64,000 nt of DNA from Spirosoma fluviale (GTDB lineage: Bacteria > Bacteroidota > Bacteroidia > Cytophagales > Spirosomataceae). The DNA is taken from contig CAMCXW010000002.1 in assembly GCA_945883625.1 (NCBI GenBank), positions 39,479 to 103,478 on the forward strand, given 5' to 3'. The notes under the pieces are model-generated. The model saw only the letters and a program-made list of their open reading frames with translations, ran no database searches and was not told where the DNA came from. Position 1 is the stretch's first letter; every line of letters starts with the position of its first letter. Made by a program: the position numbers and the translations under genes. This document shows positions 29,113 through 39,276 of this stretch, piece by piece.

Positions 29113-29153
29113 TGATAAAATTAGAACTGTTTTTTTCACATATTTAACAAGGC

Positions 29154-29184
29154 AAAAAACCACCTCGGTCGAGGTGGTTTTTTT
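29154..29184 (+). terminator. Rho-independent (bidirectional-looking) terminator
   Basis: AAAAAACCACCTCG-GT-CGAGGTGGTTTTTTT between convergent genes. Confidence 0.85.
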
Positions 29185-29260
29185 ATGATTAGATGCATTA
29201 CGTACCCTAGTCAAACGCGTAAATAGCCTGTTTTAGGGCACAAATGCCTAGTTGGCTCAT

Positions 29261-30424
29261 TTATTTCCAAGCGATATTGGAAAAAACGATTTGGCTATAA
29301 TCTTTACATTCATACAAGATGCCAATCGTATTTTTAGAAAGCTTTACTAAATCAGAGTAGGCCGCAAAATCACGACTAGCCTCGGCTTCAGTACTTGCAT
29401 GCGCAACTGGAATGTAGGTGGGCCATGTCTTTCCATCATCATAGGAGATCCTAAGGGTGAGTTTGTCCCGACGTTTTTCATTGGCCGCATTCGAAAATGC
29501 CAGAATATTTTTCTTGTTTTTTTGTCCCACCAAAAGAATGCTCCCCTCACAAATGGGGTCAGGTAATTGAGGGTCAAAAGAGACGTTTTTCCATGTCGTA
29601 CCTGCATCTTCACTTACGCCAATGATTCGTTGGCGCACATCACCGCGTTGATTTCGGATATTCATCATCAGCCGACCACCCGAAATTTCGGCTGCAGTGG
29701 ATTCATTGCTACCGGGAATAGAAATTGATGCACCAATTTGAAATGAATCGCCATGATCATCACTATAAAACGCATGAGCTCGATAATCAGCACCTCGTTC
29801 TCCACGTGGACCCTCTGAGTGATTGGCAGCTACAAGTAATCGGCCTTGAAAGGGACCTTGTGAAAATTGCATCGCATGCCCAGGGCCATTGGCATAATGT
29901 CGCCAATCCTCTTTATAGGTATAATTTGGATTTCGGTTAGGCTGATTTGGCCGATGAACTTGACTTGTGATATTGACCGCTTGCGACCAAGAAATTCCGC
30001 CATCCGAGGAGGTCTTATACCAAACTTCACGAAGTCCTTTCCCTTCTCTTATTTCATTTTCATGGTTGTTCCCCGTATTGTAAAAAAGAAAAATTCGTCC
30101 ATTCGGAAAACGTGGGTCGGAATCATCCAAAACGGGTGTTGGATTACCTGCTTGAAGCGAATCATAATCGGCAATGGTCTGAAGGGCTGACCAATGCCTA
30201 CCTTGATCGCGGGATATTTTAAGCACAATATTGATATCCCCATAATCGCCTGAACCGTGCACGCGCCCTTCCGCGAAGGCGAGTAAATTGCCTTGCTTAT
30301 TTTTAATGATGGCTGGAATTCGATACGTTTTATGCCCCTCCGTACCCGAAGTAAAAACAGGAACGAAAGCCTGCTGAGCGTGCAATGCGACACTGGAAAA
30401 GATAAAAAAAGTCAGTACTCGCAT
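29261..30424 (-). CDS. GH33 sialidase
   Basis: YRIP motif, five Asp-boxes (SRDQGRHW, SSDGGISW, SDDHGDSF, SEDAGTTW, SYDDGKTW), AYS, LYE; signal peptide from ATG 30424 (ORF open to 30451). Confidence 0.92.
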   Translation of the reverse strand: MRVLTFFIFSSVALHAQQAFVPVFTSGTEGHKTYRIPAIIKNKQGNLLAFAEGRVHGSGDYGDINIVLKISRDQGRHWSALQTIADYDSLQAGNPTPVLDDSDPRFPNGRIFLFYNTGNNHENEIREGKGLREVWYKTSSDGGISWSQAVNITSQVHRPNQPNRNPNYTYKEDWRHYANGPGHAMQFSQGPFQGRLLVAANHSEGPRGERGADYRAHAFYSDDHGDSFQIGASISIPGSNESTAAEISGGRLMMNIRNQRGDVRQRIIGVSEDAGTTWKNVSFDPQLPDPICEGSILLVGQKNKKNILAFSNAANEKRRDKLTLRISYDDGKTWPTYIPVAHASTEAEASRDFAAYSDLVKLSKNTIGILYECKDYSQIVFSNIAWK

Positions 30425-30583
30425 GAAAATAAAATTGTTCATAGATAGCATTAATTTTTCAACTCGATATTGATGATAAAAAAATTAAAAGATTGTCAAA
30501 AAAAATTCTAATTTTATTCAAACGAAAAAACTCCGATTCAAAAATAAAATCTATTTGATGAAGACCTTTAAATTAAGAATAAG

Positions 30584-32095
30584 ATGAAAAATTTACTAAC
30601 AATAGGCTTGGTAATCAGCAACTTAATTGCATTTAGCCAAAAACCAAACATCATATTTATCTTTTCAGATGACCATACTTCTCAAGCCATCAGCGCATAC
30701 GGTAGTAAAATAGCCAAAACTCCAAACATCGATCGCATTGCAAAAGCGGGAGCCATCTTGCACAATAATGTGGTTAGTAATTCCATCTGTGGACCGAGTA
30801 GGGCGACGCTCCTAACAGGGAAATTCAGCCACATGAATGGTTACAAGGTAAATGAAAAAGTGTTTAACATCGACCAGGCCGTCTTCCCAGAAGCATTACA
30901 AAAAAATGGATATCAAACTGCTTGGGTAGGGAAAATGCATTTAGGGGGCCTTCCTCATGGATTTGACTTTTTAAATGTTTTACCCGGGCAAGGTCATTAT
31001 TACAACCCAGACTTTATCAATCAAAAAAATGAGAAAATTCAATACGAAGGTTACGTTTCTGACCTAATTACGAAGTTTTCAAAAGAATGGCTTGAACAAC
31101 GAGATAAATCAAAACCCTTTTTCATGGTTGTTGGCCACAAAGCCACGCACCGCGAATGGTTTCCAGATGTGCAGGATTTAGGGTCCTATGATGATGTGAA
31201 TTTTCCGTTGCCTGCCAACTTCTATGATTCTTATGATGGCCGACCAGCCGCGCGGGACCAAGACATGACGGTGGATAAAACGATGGTTTTAGCTAGTGAT
31301 TTAAAAGTAAATGCGAACTACAACAGTCCAGCATTTAAGCGATTTACTCCAGCGCAAAAAACTGCGTATTACGATTACTACCAAAATAAAGTAACCAAAG
31401 ACTTCGAGTCAAAGCAATTGACTGGAAAGGCGTTAGTTGAATGGAAATTCCAACGGTACATGCGGGATTATTTGTCTACGGCCCGTTCGTTAGATCGGAA
31501 TATTGGCGAACTTTTAGACTATTTAGACCAAACAGGTTTAGCTAAAAATACGGTTGTCATTTATGCCTCCGATCAAGGTTTTTATTTGGGTGAACATGGC
31601 TGGTTCGACAAACGATTTATCTATGAGGAGTCATTAAAAACGCCTTTTTTAATTAAATATCCAGGAACAATTAAAGCAGGTACGCAGGTACGGCAAGTGG
31701 TTTCAAATGTCGATTGGGCACCTACCCTTTTAGACATTGCTGGCGTGGAGCCAACGACAGGGATGCAGGGAAAATCATTCTTTTCACTGCTTAAAAATCC
31801 CAAAAAATCATGGGACAATAATGCGTATTATCATTATTATGAATATCCTCAGCCCCATCGAGTAGCGCCTCATTTTGGCCTGCGCACCGAACAATTCACT
31901 TTAGCCAAATTTTACGGGCCACAAGATTCTTGGGAATTGTATGACATCAAAAAAGATCCGCAAAACATGAAAAATTTATACGGCGATAAAGCTTACGCTG
32001 CAATTATTCAGAATCTAAAGGCTACGCTAAAGGAAAAAATGATTGAGCACCAGGATACAGAAGCATTGGAATTACTAGAGAAAGAACCCAAATAA
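30584..32095 (+). CDS. S1 sulfatase, N-acetylglucosamine-6-sulfatase-like
   Basis: PNIIFIFSDDH, CGPSRATLLTGK, HKATHR, SDQGFYLGEHGWFDKRF, YYHYYEYP. Confidence 0.93.
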   Translation: MKNLLTIGLVISNLIAFSQKPNIIFIFSDDHTSQAISAYGSKIAKTPNIDRIAKAGAILHNNVVSNSICGPSRATLLTGKFSHMNGYKVNEKVFNIDQAVFPEALQKNGYQTAWVGKMHLGGLPHGFDFLNVLPGQGHYYNPDFINQKNEKIQYEGYVSDLITKFSKEWLEQRDKSKPFFMVVGHKATHREWFPDVQDLGSYDDVNFPLPANFYDSYDGRPAARDQDMTVDKTMVLASDLKVNANYNSPAFKRFTPAQKTAYYDYYQNKVTKDFESKQLTGKALVEWKFQRYMRDYLSTARSLDRNIGELLDYLDQTGLAKNTVVIYASDQGFYLGEHGWFDKRFIYEESLKTPFLIKYPGTIKAGTQVRQVVSNVDWAPTLLDIAGVEPTTGMQGKSFFSLLKNPKKSWDNNAYYHYYEYPQPHRVAPHFGLRTEQFTLAKFYGPQDSWELYDIKKDPQNMKNLYGDKAYAAIIQNLKATLKEKMIEHQDTEALELLEKEPK

Positions 32096-32101
32096 GCTAA
32101 C

Positions 32102-33226
32102 TTATTCGCCCAGATTTTTCACACATCTAAATCCCGTATGTTCAAGTCCCGAATCAGGACTTGACTTCATTCGCGCCGCTACGCGATAACTTGCACAATA
32201 CGAATCATTACATAAAAAAGATCCGCCACGCATCACTTTTTTAGGAATGCCAGGCTCATCAGGATCAAAACTATCCTGAGGTCCACGCGGAGAAACTGCC
32301 ACTTTTTTCGTAGCTAATTGCTTATAATAATCAGGCCTATAATTATCAGAACACCATTCCCAAACATTCCCAGCCATATCGGAAAGACCAAATCGATTTG
32401 CTGGGTAACTTTTAACGGGAGCCGTTGTAAACTTATAGCCATCTTTGGCATCATCCTGATAGGGAAAATTACCCTGCCAAGTATTTGCTTTCATACTACC
32501 TTGATCAACTGATTCACTACCCCAAGGGTACTCCAAATTTTTAAGTCCACCACGCGCAGCCCACTCCCATTCCGCTTCGGTTGGCAATCTTTTGCCCGCC
32601 CATTTAGCATAAGCGCGGGCATCATCCCAAGAAACCTGAACGACCGGATGATTTTCTTTGCCTTTAATATCAGAAAGTGGTCCAGAAGGGTGGCGCCAAT
32701 TAGCACCACGTCTAAATTGCCACCATTGACTATAATCATTCAAATTCACGGGACCACGTGTAGGTGTAAAAACTAACGAACTTGCTTCTAAAAGTGAATC
32801 GGGTGGACGAGGAGTTCCTATAGGTACTTGCTTTTTCATTTCTTCCCAGTCGATCGGCTTTTCCGCCGTAGTCACATAACCAGTAGCTTGAACAAATTCT
32901 TGAAATTGCGCATTTGTGACCTCAGTTTGGTCCATCCAAAAACCGTTCAACTTAACTAAATGAACAGGATATTCGTCGGAGCGACCATCCTTACTATGCG
33001 ATCCCATCTGAAAAGTTCCCCCAGGAATTTGAACCATCCCCAGTGTATTTTTAGACCTACTCACGGCAACTTTAGTCACATTTTTAGCTAAAATAATTCC
33101 TTTCTTACTTGGAACAGGAACGTGACAAACGGGAATTTTTTTCTGTTGGGCCACCAAATTAAAACCGCAAATCAGTATCATGAAAAGCAACTTTAATCGG
33201 AAGCGCACCTTTTTAATTGTCAGCAT
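32102..33226 (-). CDS. Formylglycine-generating enzyme (aerobic sulfatase maturase)
   Basis: HPVVQVSW, RLPTEAEWE, GNVWEW and an intact RGGSFLCNDSYCASYRVAAR cysteine motif. Confidence 0.92.
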   Translation of the reverse strand: MLTIKKVRFRLKLLFMILICGFNLVAQQKKIPVCHVPVPSKKGIILAKNVTKVAVSRSKNTLGMVQIPGGTFQMGSHSKDGRSDEYPVHLVKLNGFWMDQTEVTNAQFQEFVQATGYVTTAEKPIDWEEMKKQVPIGTPRPPDSLLEASSLVFTPTRGPVNLNDYSQWWQFRRGANWRHPSGPLSDIKGKENHPVVQVSWDDARAYAKWAGKRLPTEAEWEWAARGGLKNLEYPWGSESVDQGSMKANTWQGNFPYQDDAKDGYKFTTAPVKSYPANRFGLSDMAGNVWEWCSDNYRPDYYKQLATKKVAVSPRGPQDSFDPDEPGIPKKVMRGGSFLCNDSYCASYRVAARMKSSPDSGLEHTGFRCVKNLGE

Positions 33227-33304
33227 AGTTGGTTAAAAATATAAGAAGGGCATTAAATTAGTTAGGCCAACTGCAAATTAAGGTAAAAAATTACTCAATT
33301 CTTT

Positions 33305-35479
33305 TTAATTTAAAAATATCTCGTCCACAAGTAATAAAGCTCTTTTGTCCTTAGCCCCATGCCATTGCGGGATTTTTTCTAGAGGCTTTGCTATAATCTT
33401 TAACTCCTTAAAATTTGTTGGCTTAAACTTAACGTCTATCGCATACAACTCATGGAATTTCATTTCCTTAGGAACCGGAATTTTTAGGATTTGAATTCGT
33501 TTAAACTTGCCATTTGAATTCAATTTACCCCAAATCTCTATGGACTGTGGAGGAAAAATACCCGTAGCTAACTCCTCCATAACTCGGAGGGAAACAACGG
33601 AAATTGTTTTCGGTGTTTTGAAATCTAAATTCAACTCCATGTCGTTATTTCGCACACCCGTCCAAAAATTAGCCCATGCAGGACTATTGGCGTTAAATGT
33701 GCCGAGATTTCGGTCAAAAAACGATTTAGGCCCATTGGCTAAGTGAACTCTGTTTAAAGGCAAAACGACAGTTACACTATCAGGTTTAATAGCACATTTG
33801 TAGTATTCAAAAACGGCCTCGTCGCTTCCTATCCATCCCGCTTTGAAAGCCCTTGCACGAATTCGCGTGTCAGCGCTAACACGAACCTTGCCATCAAAAA
33901 TAGCTGATTTTAAGCTATCGGGTTCAGTACCATCCATGGTGTATCGAATTTGGACTCCCTTAATTGTGTGGAACAAGGTGAGTGGAGCATCCGTCTCGAA
34001 AATAGTTGACGTATTTTTCAATTCAGGCGGATTTAGCTTCAATGGACTTTTGCCATCGTCCTTAAATCCAGCATTGACTTGTATTGAAGCAAACTTCGTC
34101 GTTATGCGCTTAAGTTCATCTTCAGCCAGAGGAGTATCCCACAAGTACACAGCTTGTAATTTTTTTAAGCCCATTAGCGCAACTTGTAAATCTTGAAATT
34201 TTACTTGTGTTCCAGATAGCGAAATACTTTTCAAGCGGTCAAGCGTTTTTAAAACAAAAAGCCCCTTAGCGGAGACATTCGTAAAATTCAAATCCAATCT
34301 TTCTAAATTCTCAAATTGAGAAATTATGGCTAAATCAGCATCCTGAACTGGTAATTTGGCTACGCTTAGAAAAACAATTTGCTCTTTTATAGCTAAAAGC
34401 TCTTCTAATTTTTTCGAATTAAAATCACTTTTATTAAAAATATTTACGCGCAAAGCGGGGGAATTTTTAGCAATTGGTGTGATCGTTCGGTACTCATTAG
34501 CTAATTGATTAATTATTTTCGAATCAGCTTCTGAAAAATCATAGGCTACATCTTGGTTATTCACCGAAACGAAAATCTTACTCGCAATCATTCGAAGCGA
34601 ATCTGAAGGAACCAATTCGCTTACTTTCTTAGTAAAACTGGCACTTCCTTTAATCCATAGAGATAGAATCTGCTTCTCTTCATCCGTTAACTGCGGTTGG
34701 CCAGATTCTGGCATATGTTTTTCATCCGATAACGGCAAGTGAATACGTTCAAGAAGTAAACTTAACTCAGGTTTTCCAATTTTAAATAAAGGACCATTTT
34801 TTCCTCCTTTCACTAAATTTTTGATATCGGACATATCAAGCTCCCCTTTTTTCTTATCTGGATTGTGGCAACTAATGCATTTCTTCTCTAATATAGGTTT
34901 AACCATATGATCAAAAACGAGTGCATCCTCCAAGTAAATTTGCTTATTTTGATTGAGCGGAGCTAGTAAATATCCTTCACCATGTGTGAGCGAAGCACCA
35001 TAATGACCGGTGAACATGAGTAAAATACTGACTAGCCCGATGAGTAACCTGGAACTTAGTTTTTGATAATATGATCTAAATCGAAGCCAATAGATTAGAC
35101 TAAATAAAATAAACAACGAAACGGCCGACCACTTATGCCAGAATAAGGTATCGCCAGTATACCCTGACTCTTTGGAAAGTAGCAAACCAAAGATTGTGGT
35201 CAGACCAGTTAAAACAGCACCGAATATCCATAAATCAGTTACCCATTTTTCAATAATTACCCGTGCGTCTGAGGTTGGTTGACTGAATCGAAAGAATTCA
35301 AAAATCAGTAGTAAGGCCAACAAAACAATCGGAAAATGTAATACAAGTGGATGCAGTCGGCCTACTGACTGCAGCCAAACGGGTACAACAAGTTGGTCTT
35401 CAAAAGCTAATAAAAAGACTAGAAAGACAGCTAAAGTGAATACAATTTGCTCAAAAACACCTCTCCAATTTTTATTCAT
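33305..35479 (-). CDS. Membrane protein: DUF2231-like TM domain + planctomycete cytochrome c + LRR + FN3-associated/chitobiase-like + beta-sandwich
   Basis: GRLHPLVLHFP, HKW, GHYGASLTHG in TM helices; PILEKKCISCH...HMP; LRR (LERLDLNFTNV, LSGTQV, LWDTPL); IRYTMDGTEP. Confidence 0.85.
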   Translation of the reverse strand: MNKNWRGVFEQIVFTLAVFLVFLLAFEDQLVVPVWLQSVGRLHPLVLHFPIVLLALLLIFEFFRFSQPTSDARVIIEKWVTDLWIFGAVLTGLTTIFGLLLSKESGYTGDTLFWHKWSAVSLFILFSLIYWLRFRSYYQKLSSRLLIGLVSILLMFTGHYGASLTHGEGYLLAPLNQNKQIYLEDALVFDHMVKPILEKKCISCHNPDKKKGELDMSDIKNLVKGGKNGPLFKIGKPELSLLLERIHLPLSDEKHMPESGQPQLTDEEKQILSLWIKGSASFTKKVSELVPSDSLRMIASKIFVSVNNQDVAYDFSEADSKIINQLANEYRTITPIAKNSPALRVNIFNKSDFNSKKLEELLAIKEQIVFLSVAKLPVQDADLAIISQFENLERLDLNFTNVSAKGLFVLKTLDRLKSISLSGTQVKFQDLQVALMGLKKLQAVYLWDTPLAEDELKRITTKFASIQVNAGFKDDGKSPLKLNPPELKNTSTIFETDAPLTLFHTIKGVQIRYTMDGTEPDSLKSAIFDGKVRVSADTRIRARAFKAGWIGSDEAVFEYYKCAIKPDSVTVVLPLNRVHLANGPKSFFDRNLGTFNANSPAWANFWTGVRNNDMELNLDFKTPKTISVVSLRVMEELATGIFPPQSIEIWGKLNSNGKFKRIQILKIPVPKEMKFHELYAIDVKFKPTNFKELKIIAKPLEKIPQWHGAKDKRALLLVDEIFLN

Positions 35480-35481
35480 CT

Positions 35482-36939
35482 TTAACTTAAAATATCTCGA
35501 ACAACTTTTCCTGAAATGTCAGTTAATCGATAGCGTCTCCCTAAATGTTTGAAAATTAACTTTTCATGATTCAGCCCCAAGGTGTGCAAGACCGTCGCTT
35601 GAAAATCATGTACGTGAACTGGATTTTTAATAATATTATAGCCTAATTCATCTGTTTCACCGTAAACCATACCTGGTTTAATTCCGCCTCCAGCCATCCA
35701 AATACTGAAGCATCTTGGATGATGATCACGGCCATAATTTTCAGGTGTTAATTTCCCTTGACTATAACTAGTCCGTCCAAACTCACCACCCCAAATCACT
35801 AAGGTTTCATCTAGTAAACCTCTTTGTTTTAAATCGGTAACTAAAGCAGCAGATGCCTGATCCACATCTTTCGCTTGACTTTTTATTTCAAAAGGTAGAT
35901 TACCATGTTGGTCCCATCCTTGGTGATACAATTGAACAAAACGAACTCCATTTTCAGATAACTTACGAGCCAAAAGACAATTCGCAGCAAATGTGCCAGG
36001 AACAAGGCAATCTGGTCCATACAGTTTAACTATGTCATCCGATTCTTTAGATAAATCCATGACCTCCGGTACAGCTGTTTGCATCCGATAGGCCATTTCA
36101 TACTGTTTTACTTTAGCCGTTATCTCAGGATCTCCAAACTCTTCGTACGACATTTGATTTAATTGGGCCAATTGGTCCAACATTTCCCTGCGCTCATTAC
36201 GTGCCATTCCTGCAGGATCATTAATGTATAAAACAGGGTCTTCTCCTTTTGAAAACTGAACACCTTGATGAATCGAATCTAAAAAACCATTTGACCAAAG
36301 TTTGGAATAAACTCCTTGCCCATTACCAATTCCCCTAGATAATAAAACGGTAAAATCAGGAAGGTTCTTGTTTTCATTTCCTAATCCATAGCTTAACCAA
36401 GAACCCATACTTGGCCTATTGCCTTGCTGAGAACCTGTTTGTAAAAAAGTTAACGCAGGATCGTGATTTATAGCCTCCGTGTACATCGATCGAATGACAC
36501 AGATATCATCTACAATCTTAGACGTGTAAGGCATGATGTCACTAATCCAAGTTCCCGATTTTCCGTATTGCTTGAAATCTGTGAAGGATGCTGCCAACGG
36601 AAAACTTGCTTGATTAGCTGTCATACCAGTTAAACGCTGCTCGCCCCGAACGGATGGCGGTAAGTCTAAGCCATACATTTCACACAACTTGGGCTTATAA
36701 TCAAATGTCTCTAATTGTGACGGAGCCCCATTTTGAAACAAATAAATAACACGTTTAGCTTTAGGCGCAAAATGAGGAATACCTGGAGTAAATCCGGCAT
36801 CATCACGATCACCACCATTGAGTAAACCCGGAATCATCAATGAGCCCAAAGCCACACTCCCAAGTCCTAAACTCATCGTAGAAAGAAAGCGCCTCCTATT
36901 GAAATTTAAACCATGTTCCAGTATTTCCTTTTCCATCAT
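35482..36939 (-). CDS. DUF1501 domain protein, Tat-exported
   Basis: NRRRFL; PHFAPKAKRVIYLFQNGAPSQ, INHDPA, GVRFVQL, WDQH, EFGRT, GRDHH, HVHD. Confidence 0.9.
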   Translation of the reverse strand: MMEKEILEHGLNFNRRRFLSTMSLGLGSVALGSLMIPGLLNGGDRDDAGFTPGIPHFAPKAKRVIYLFQNGAPSQLETFDYKPKLCEMYGLDLPPSVRGEQRLTGMTANQASFPLAASFTDFKQYGKSGTWISDIMPYTSKIVDDICVIRSMYTEAINHDPALTFLQTGSQQGNRPSMGSWLSYGLGNENKNLPDFTVLLSRGIGNGQGVYSKLWSNGFLDSIHQGVQFSKGEDPVLYINDPAGMARNERREMLDQLAQLNQMSYEEFGDPEITAKVKQYEMAYRMQTAVPEVMDLSKESDDIVKLYGPDCLVPGTFAANCLLARKLSENGVRFVQLYHQGWDQHGNLPFEIKSQAKDVDQASAALVTDLKQRGLLDETLVIWGGEFGRTSYSQGKLTPENYGRDHHPRCFSIWMAGGGIKPGMVYGETDELGYNIIKNPVHVHDFQATVLHTLGLNHEKLIFKHLGRRYRLTDISGKVVRDILS

Positions 36940-39276
36940 TTAAGATTTAGTAATCGTTTCCTCCAAATTATAAATTGTATTCACCACACGCATCATCGCA
37001 GCTAATAGTTTTTTGTCCATATTCGGGTTGATTGGGTATTCGCCAACAGCCAGAATTTTAGTTGCTTGTGCTTGAGAAATTTTTGACCGTTGGTTCATAA
37101 AGTATACGTTCAGTACATCCAACTCTTTTTGAGAAGGATTTCGACATACAATCATTCGAAATGCTTTTTTAATTTTATCCAATGGATTACTTTTCTCTTG
37201 TAGCAATTTAGCCGCTAAAACACGAGACGCCTCTAGGACAGTCGGATCGTTCAACATCATGAGCGCTTGCAAGGGAGTATTGGTTTTCAGCCTTTTGACC
37301 TCACATAAATCCCGATTACTTGCATCAAAAATACTCATGGTTGGCGGTGGCACTGTCCGCTTAATTAATGTATAAATTCCGCGTCGATACAAACTTTCGC
37401 CATGATCTTGCACATAAATAGACAGTAAACCTCTACCTGAGGTAGCTCCTTCCCACAATCCGGGAGGCTGATACGGTTTTACGCTAGGTCCACCTATTTT
37501 GGGGATCAACAAACCGCTACTAGCCAAAACTAAATCACGAATATTTTCAGCATTAATGTGGTAGCGAGATGATCTAGAAAAGTATATATTTTCAGGATCC
37601 TTGGCTAACTTTTCAGGGCTTGATACGGCAGATTGTCGGTAAGTTGCAGAAACAACCATCTGTTTAATTAACCTTTTTACATTCCACCCATGTTCCATAA
37701 AATCAACTGCAAGCCAATCAAGTAATTTAGGATGCGTGGGTAATTCCCCCTGCATTCCGAAATCGCCTGTTGTCTTGACTATTCCTTTTCCGAAAAACTC
37801 CTGCCATACTTGATTAATAAAAACGCGCGCCGTAAGTGGATTCTTTTTATCAAAAAGCCATTTTGATAAGCCCAATCTGTTTTTCGGATAGTTCTTATTG
37901 AAAGGCAAAATGGCGTTTGGTGTGCCAGGACTCACCTCTTCACCCGGCGCATCATAAGCACCGCGCTTTAAAATAAACGTTTTTCTTGCCGTATCCATGT
38001 CGGTCATAACCGATACAATAAGCCGGTTAGTGTCTGGCTTATTAATAAACTTCAATATGCTTTTAACTTCTTCATTGGTAATTTCCATCAAAGGCTTTTT
38101 GGCATACGTCTCTGGGCCACCAATAACAGACTCGATACCAACCTCTTTGATGTTATTAAAAAAGGCAAACATTTTATAATACTCTTTCTGGGATAATGGA
38201 TCGTATTTATGGTCATGGCAATGTGCGCATTCCAACGTCATTCCTAAAAATGCTTTCCCAAATAAGTCATTTCGATCGGTGACATAGCTCAGTCTATATT
38301 CCTCCTGAATAACGCCACCTTCCTCGGTAATTTTGTGATTGCGGTTAAAGCCAGTTGCCAGCAACAACTCCTTGGTCTTGTTCGGGAATGCTGGATCAAT
38401 TAAAAAGTCACCAGCGAGTTGCCAAGTAACAAATTGGTCATAAGGCATATTTTTATTCAAGGCATAAATCACCCAGTCTCTCCAAGGCCATTGAGTGCGG
38501 TACCCATCGTCTTGGTACCCATGCGAATCTGCATACCTAGCTAAATCCAACCAATAAATAGCCATCTTCTCTCCATAGGCTGGATTTTTAAGAAGCTCGT
38601 CAACCATTTTTTCGTATGCTAATGGGCTTTTGTCCGCTAAAAAGCGATCCATCATGGAAATTGTAGGGGGTAATCCTGTCAAATCAATACTCAAGCGTTT
38701 CAATAAACGCTCTTTGTCGGCCTCATCATTAGGCTTTAAGCCACGCTGCTCTTGTTTCTCCGCAATAAAATAATCAATCTCATTTTTAGCCCAAGATTGA
38801 TTCGCTATTTCAGGCAAAGCTGACTTTTTAGGGGCGACAAAAGACCAATGTTTTTCGTATTTCGCGCCTTGCTTAATCCATTTTTTTATCACCGAAATCT
38901 CAAACTCCTCTAACTTTAAGTTTGAAGTAGCGGGAGGCATTAATTTGACTGAATCTTTGGTGACCATTCTAAGGTAGGCCTCGGAAGCATTCGGATCTCC
39001 TGCAACCCATGCATGCGCGCTAGGATGTTCTTTCAGCGCTTGAAAAGCTAAAACTGGATCGTCTAAACGTAAACCCGCCTGGCGTTTTTTTTCATCGGGT
39101 CCATGGCAAACAAAGCATTTATCAGACAAAATTGGACGCACATCAAAGTTGTAACTGATCTCATCAGGCAACTCAGGTTCGGATATTTGAACTTCTGAAT
39201 TTCTATTGCAGCCGTTTAAGGTCCATATAATAGAACCAAGCAATAAAAAGAAAAGAAAAAGTTTACTGTTCTTCAT
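36940..39276 (-). CDS. Planctomycete cytochrome c + DUF1549 (PSCyt2) + DUF1553 (PSD1) lipoprotein
   Basis: Lipobox LNGC; VRPILSDKCFVCHGPD; WLDLARYADS; ECAHCHDHKYDP; PTHPKLLDWLA; TNTPLQAL. Confidence 0.9.
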   Translation of the reverse strand: MKNSKLFLFFLLLGSIIWTLNGCNRNSEVQISEPELPDEISYNFDVRPILSDKCFVCHGPDEKKRQAGLRLDDPVLAFQALKEHPSAHAWVAGDPNASEAYLRMVTKDSVKLMPPATSNLKLEEFEISVIKKWIKQGAKYEKHWSFVAPKKSALPEIANQSWAKNEIDYFIAEKQEQRGLKPNDEADKERLLKRLSIDLTGLPPTISMMDRFLADKSPLAYEKMVDELLKNPAYGEKMAIYWLDLARYADSHGYQDDGYRTQWPWRDWVIYALNKNMPYDQFVTWQLAGDFLIDPAFPNKTKELLLATGFNRNHKITEEGGVIQEEYRLSYVTDRNDLFGKAFLGMTLECAHCHDHKYDPLSQKEYYKMFAFFNNIKEVGIESVIGGPETYAKKPLMEITNEEVKSILKFINKPDTNRLIVSVMTDMDTARKTFILKRGAYDAPGEEVSPGTPNAILPFNKNYPKNRLGLSKWLFDKKNPLTARVFINQVWQEFFGKGIVKTTGDFGMQGELPTHPKLLDWLAVDFMEHGWNVKRLIKQMVVSATYRQSAVSSPEKLAKDPENIYFSRSSRYHINAENIRDLVLASSGLLIPKIGGPSVKPYQPPGLWEGATSGRGLLSIYVQDHGESLYRRGIYTLIKRTVPPPTMSIFDASNRDLCEVKRLKTNTPLQALMMLNDPTVLEASRVLAAKLLQEKSNPLDKIKKAFRMIVCRNPSQKELDVLNVYFMNQRSKISQAQATKILAVGEYPINPNMDKKLLAAMMRVVNTIYNLEETITKS

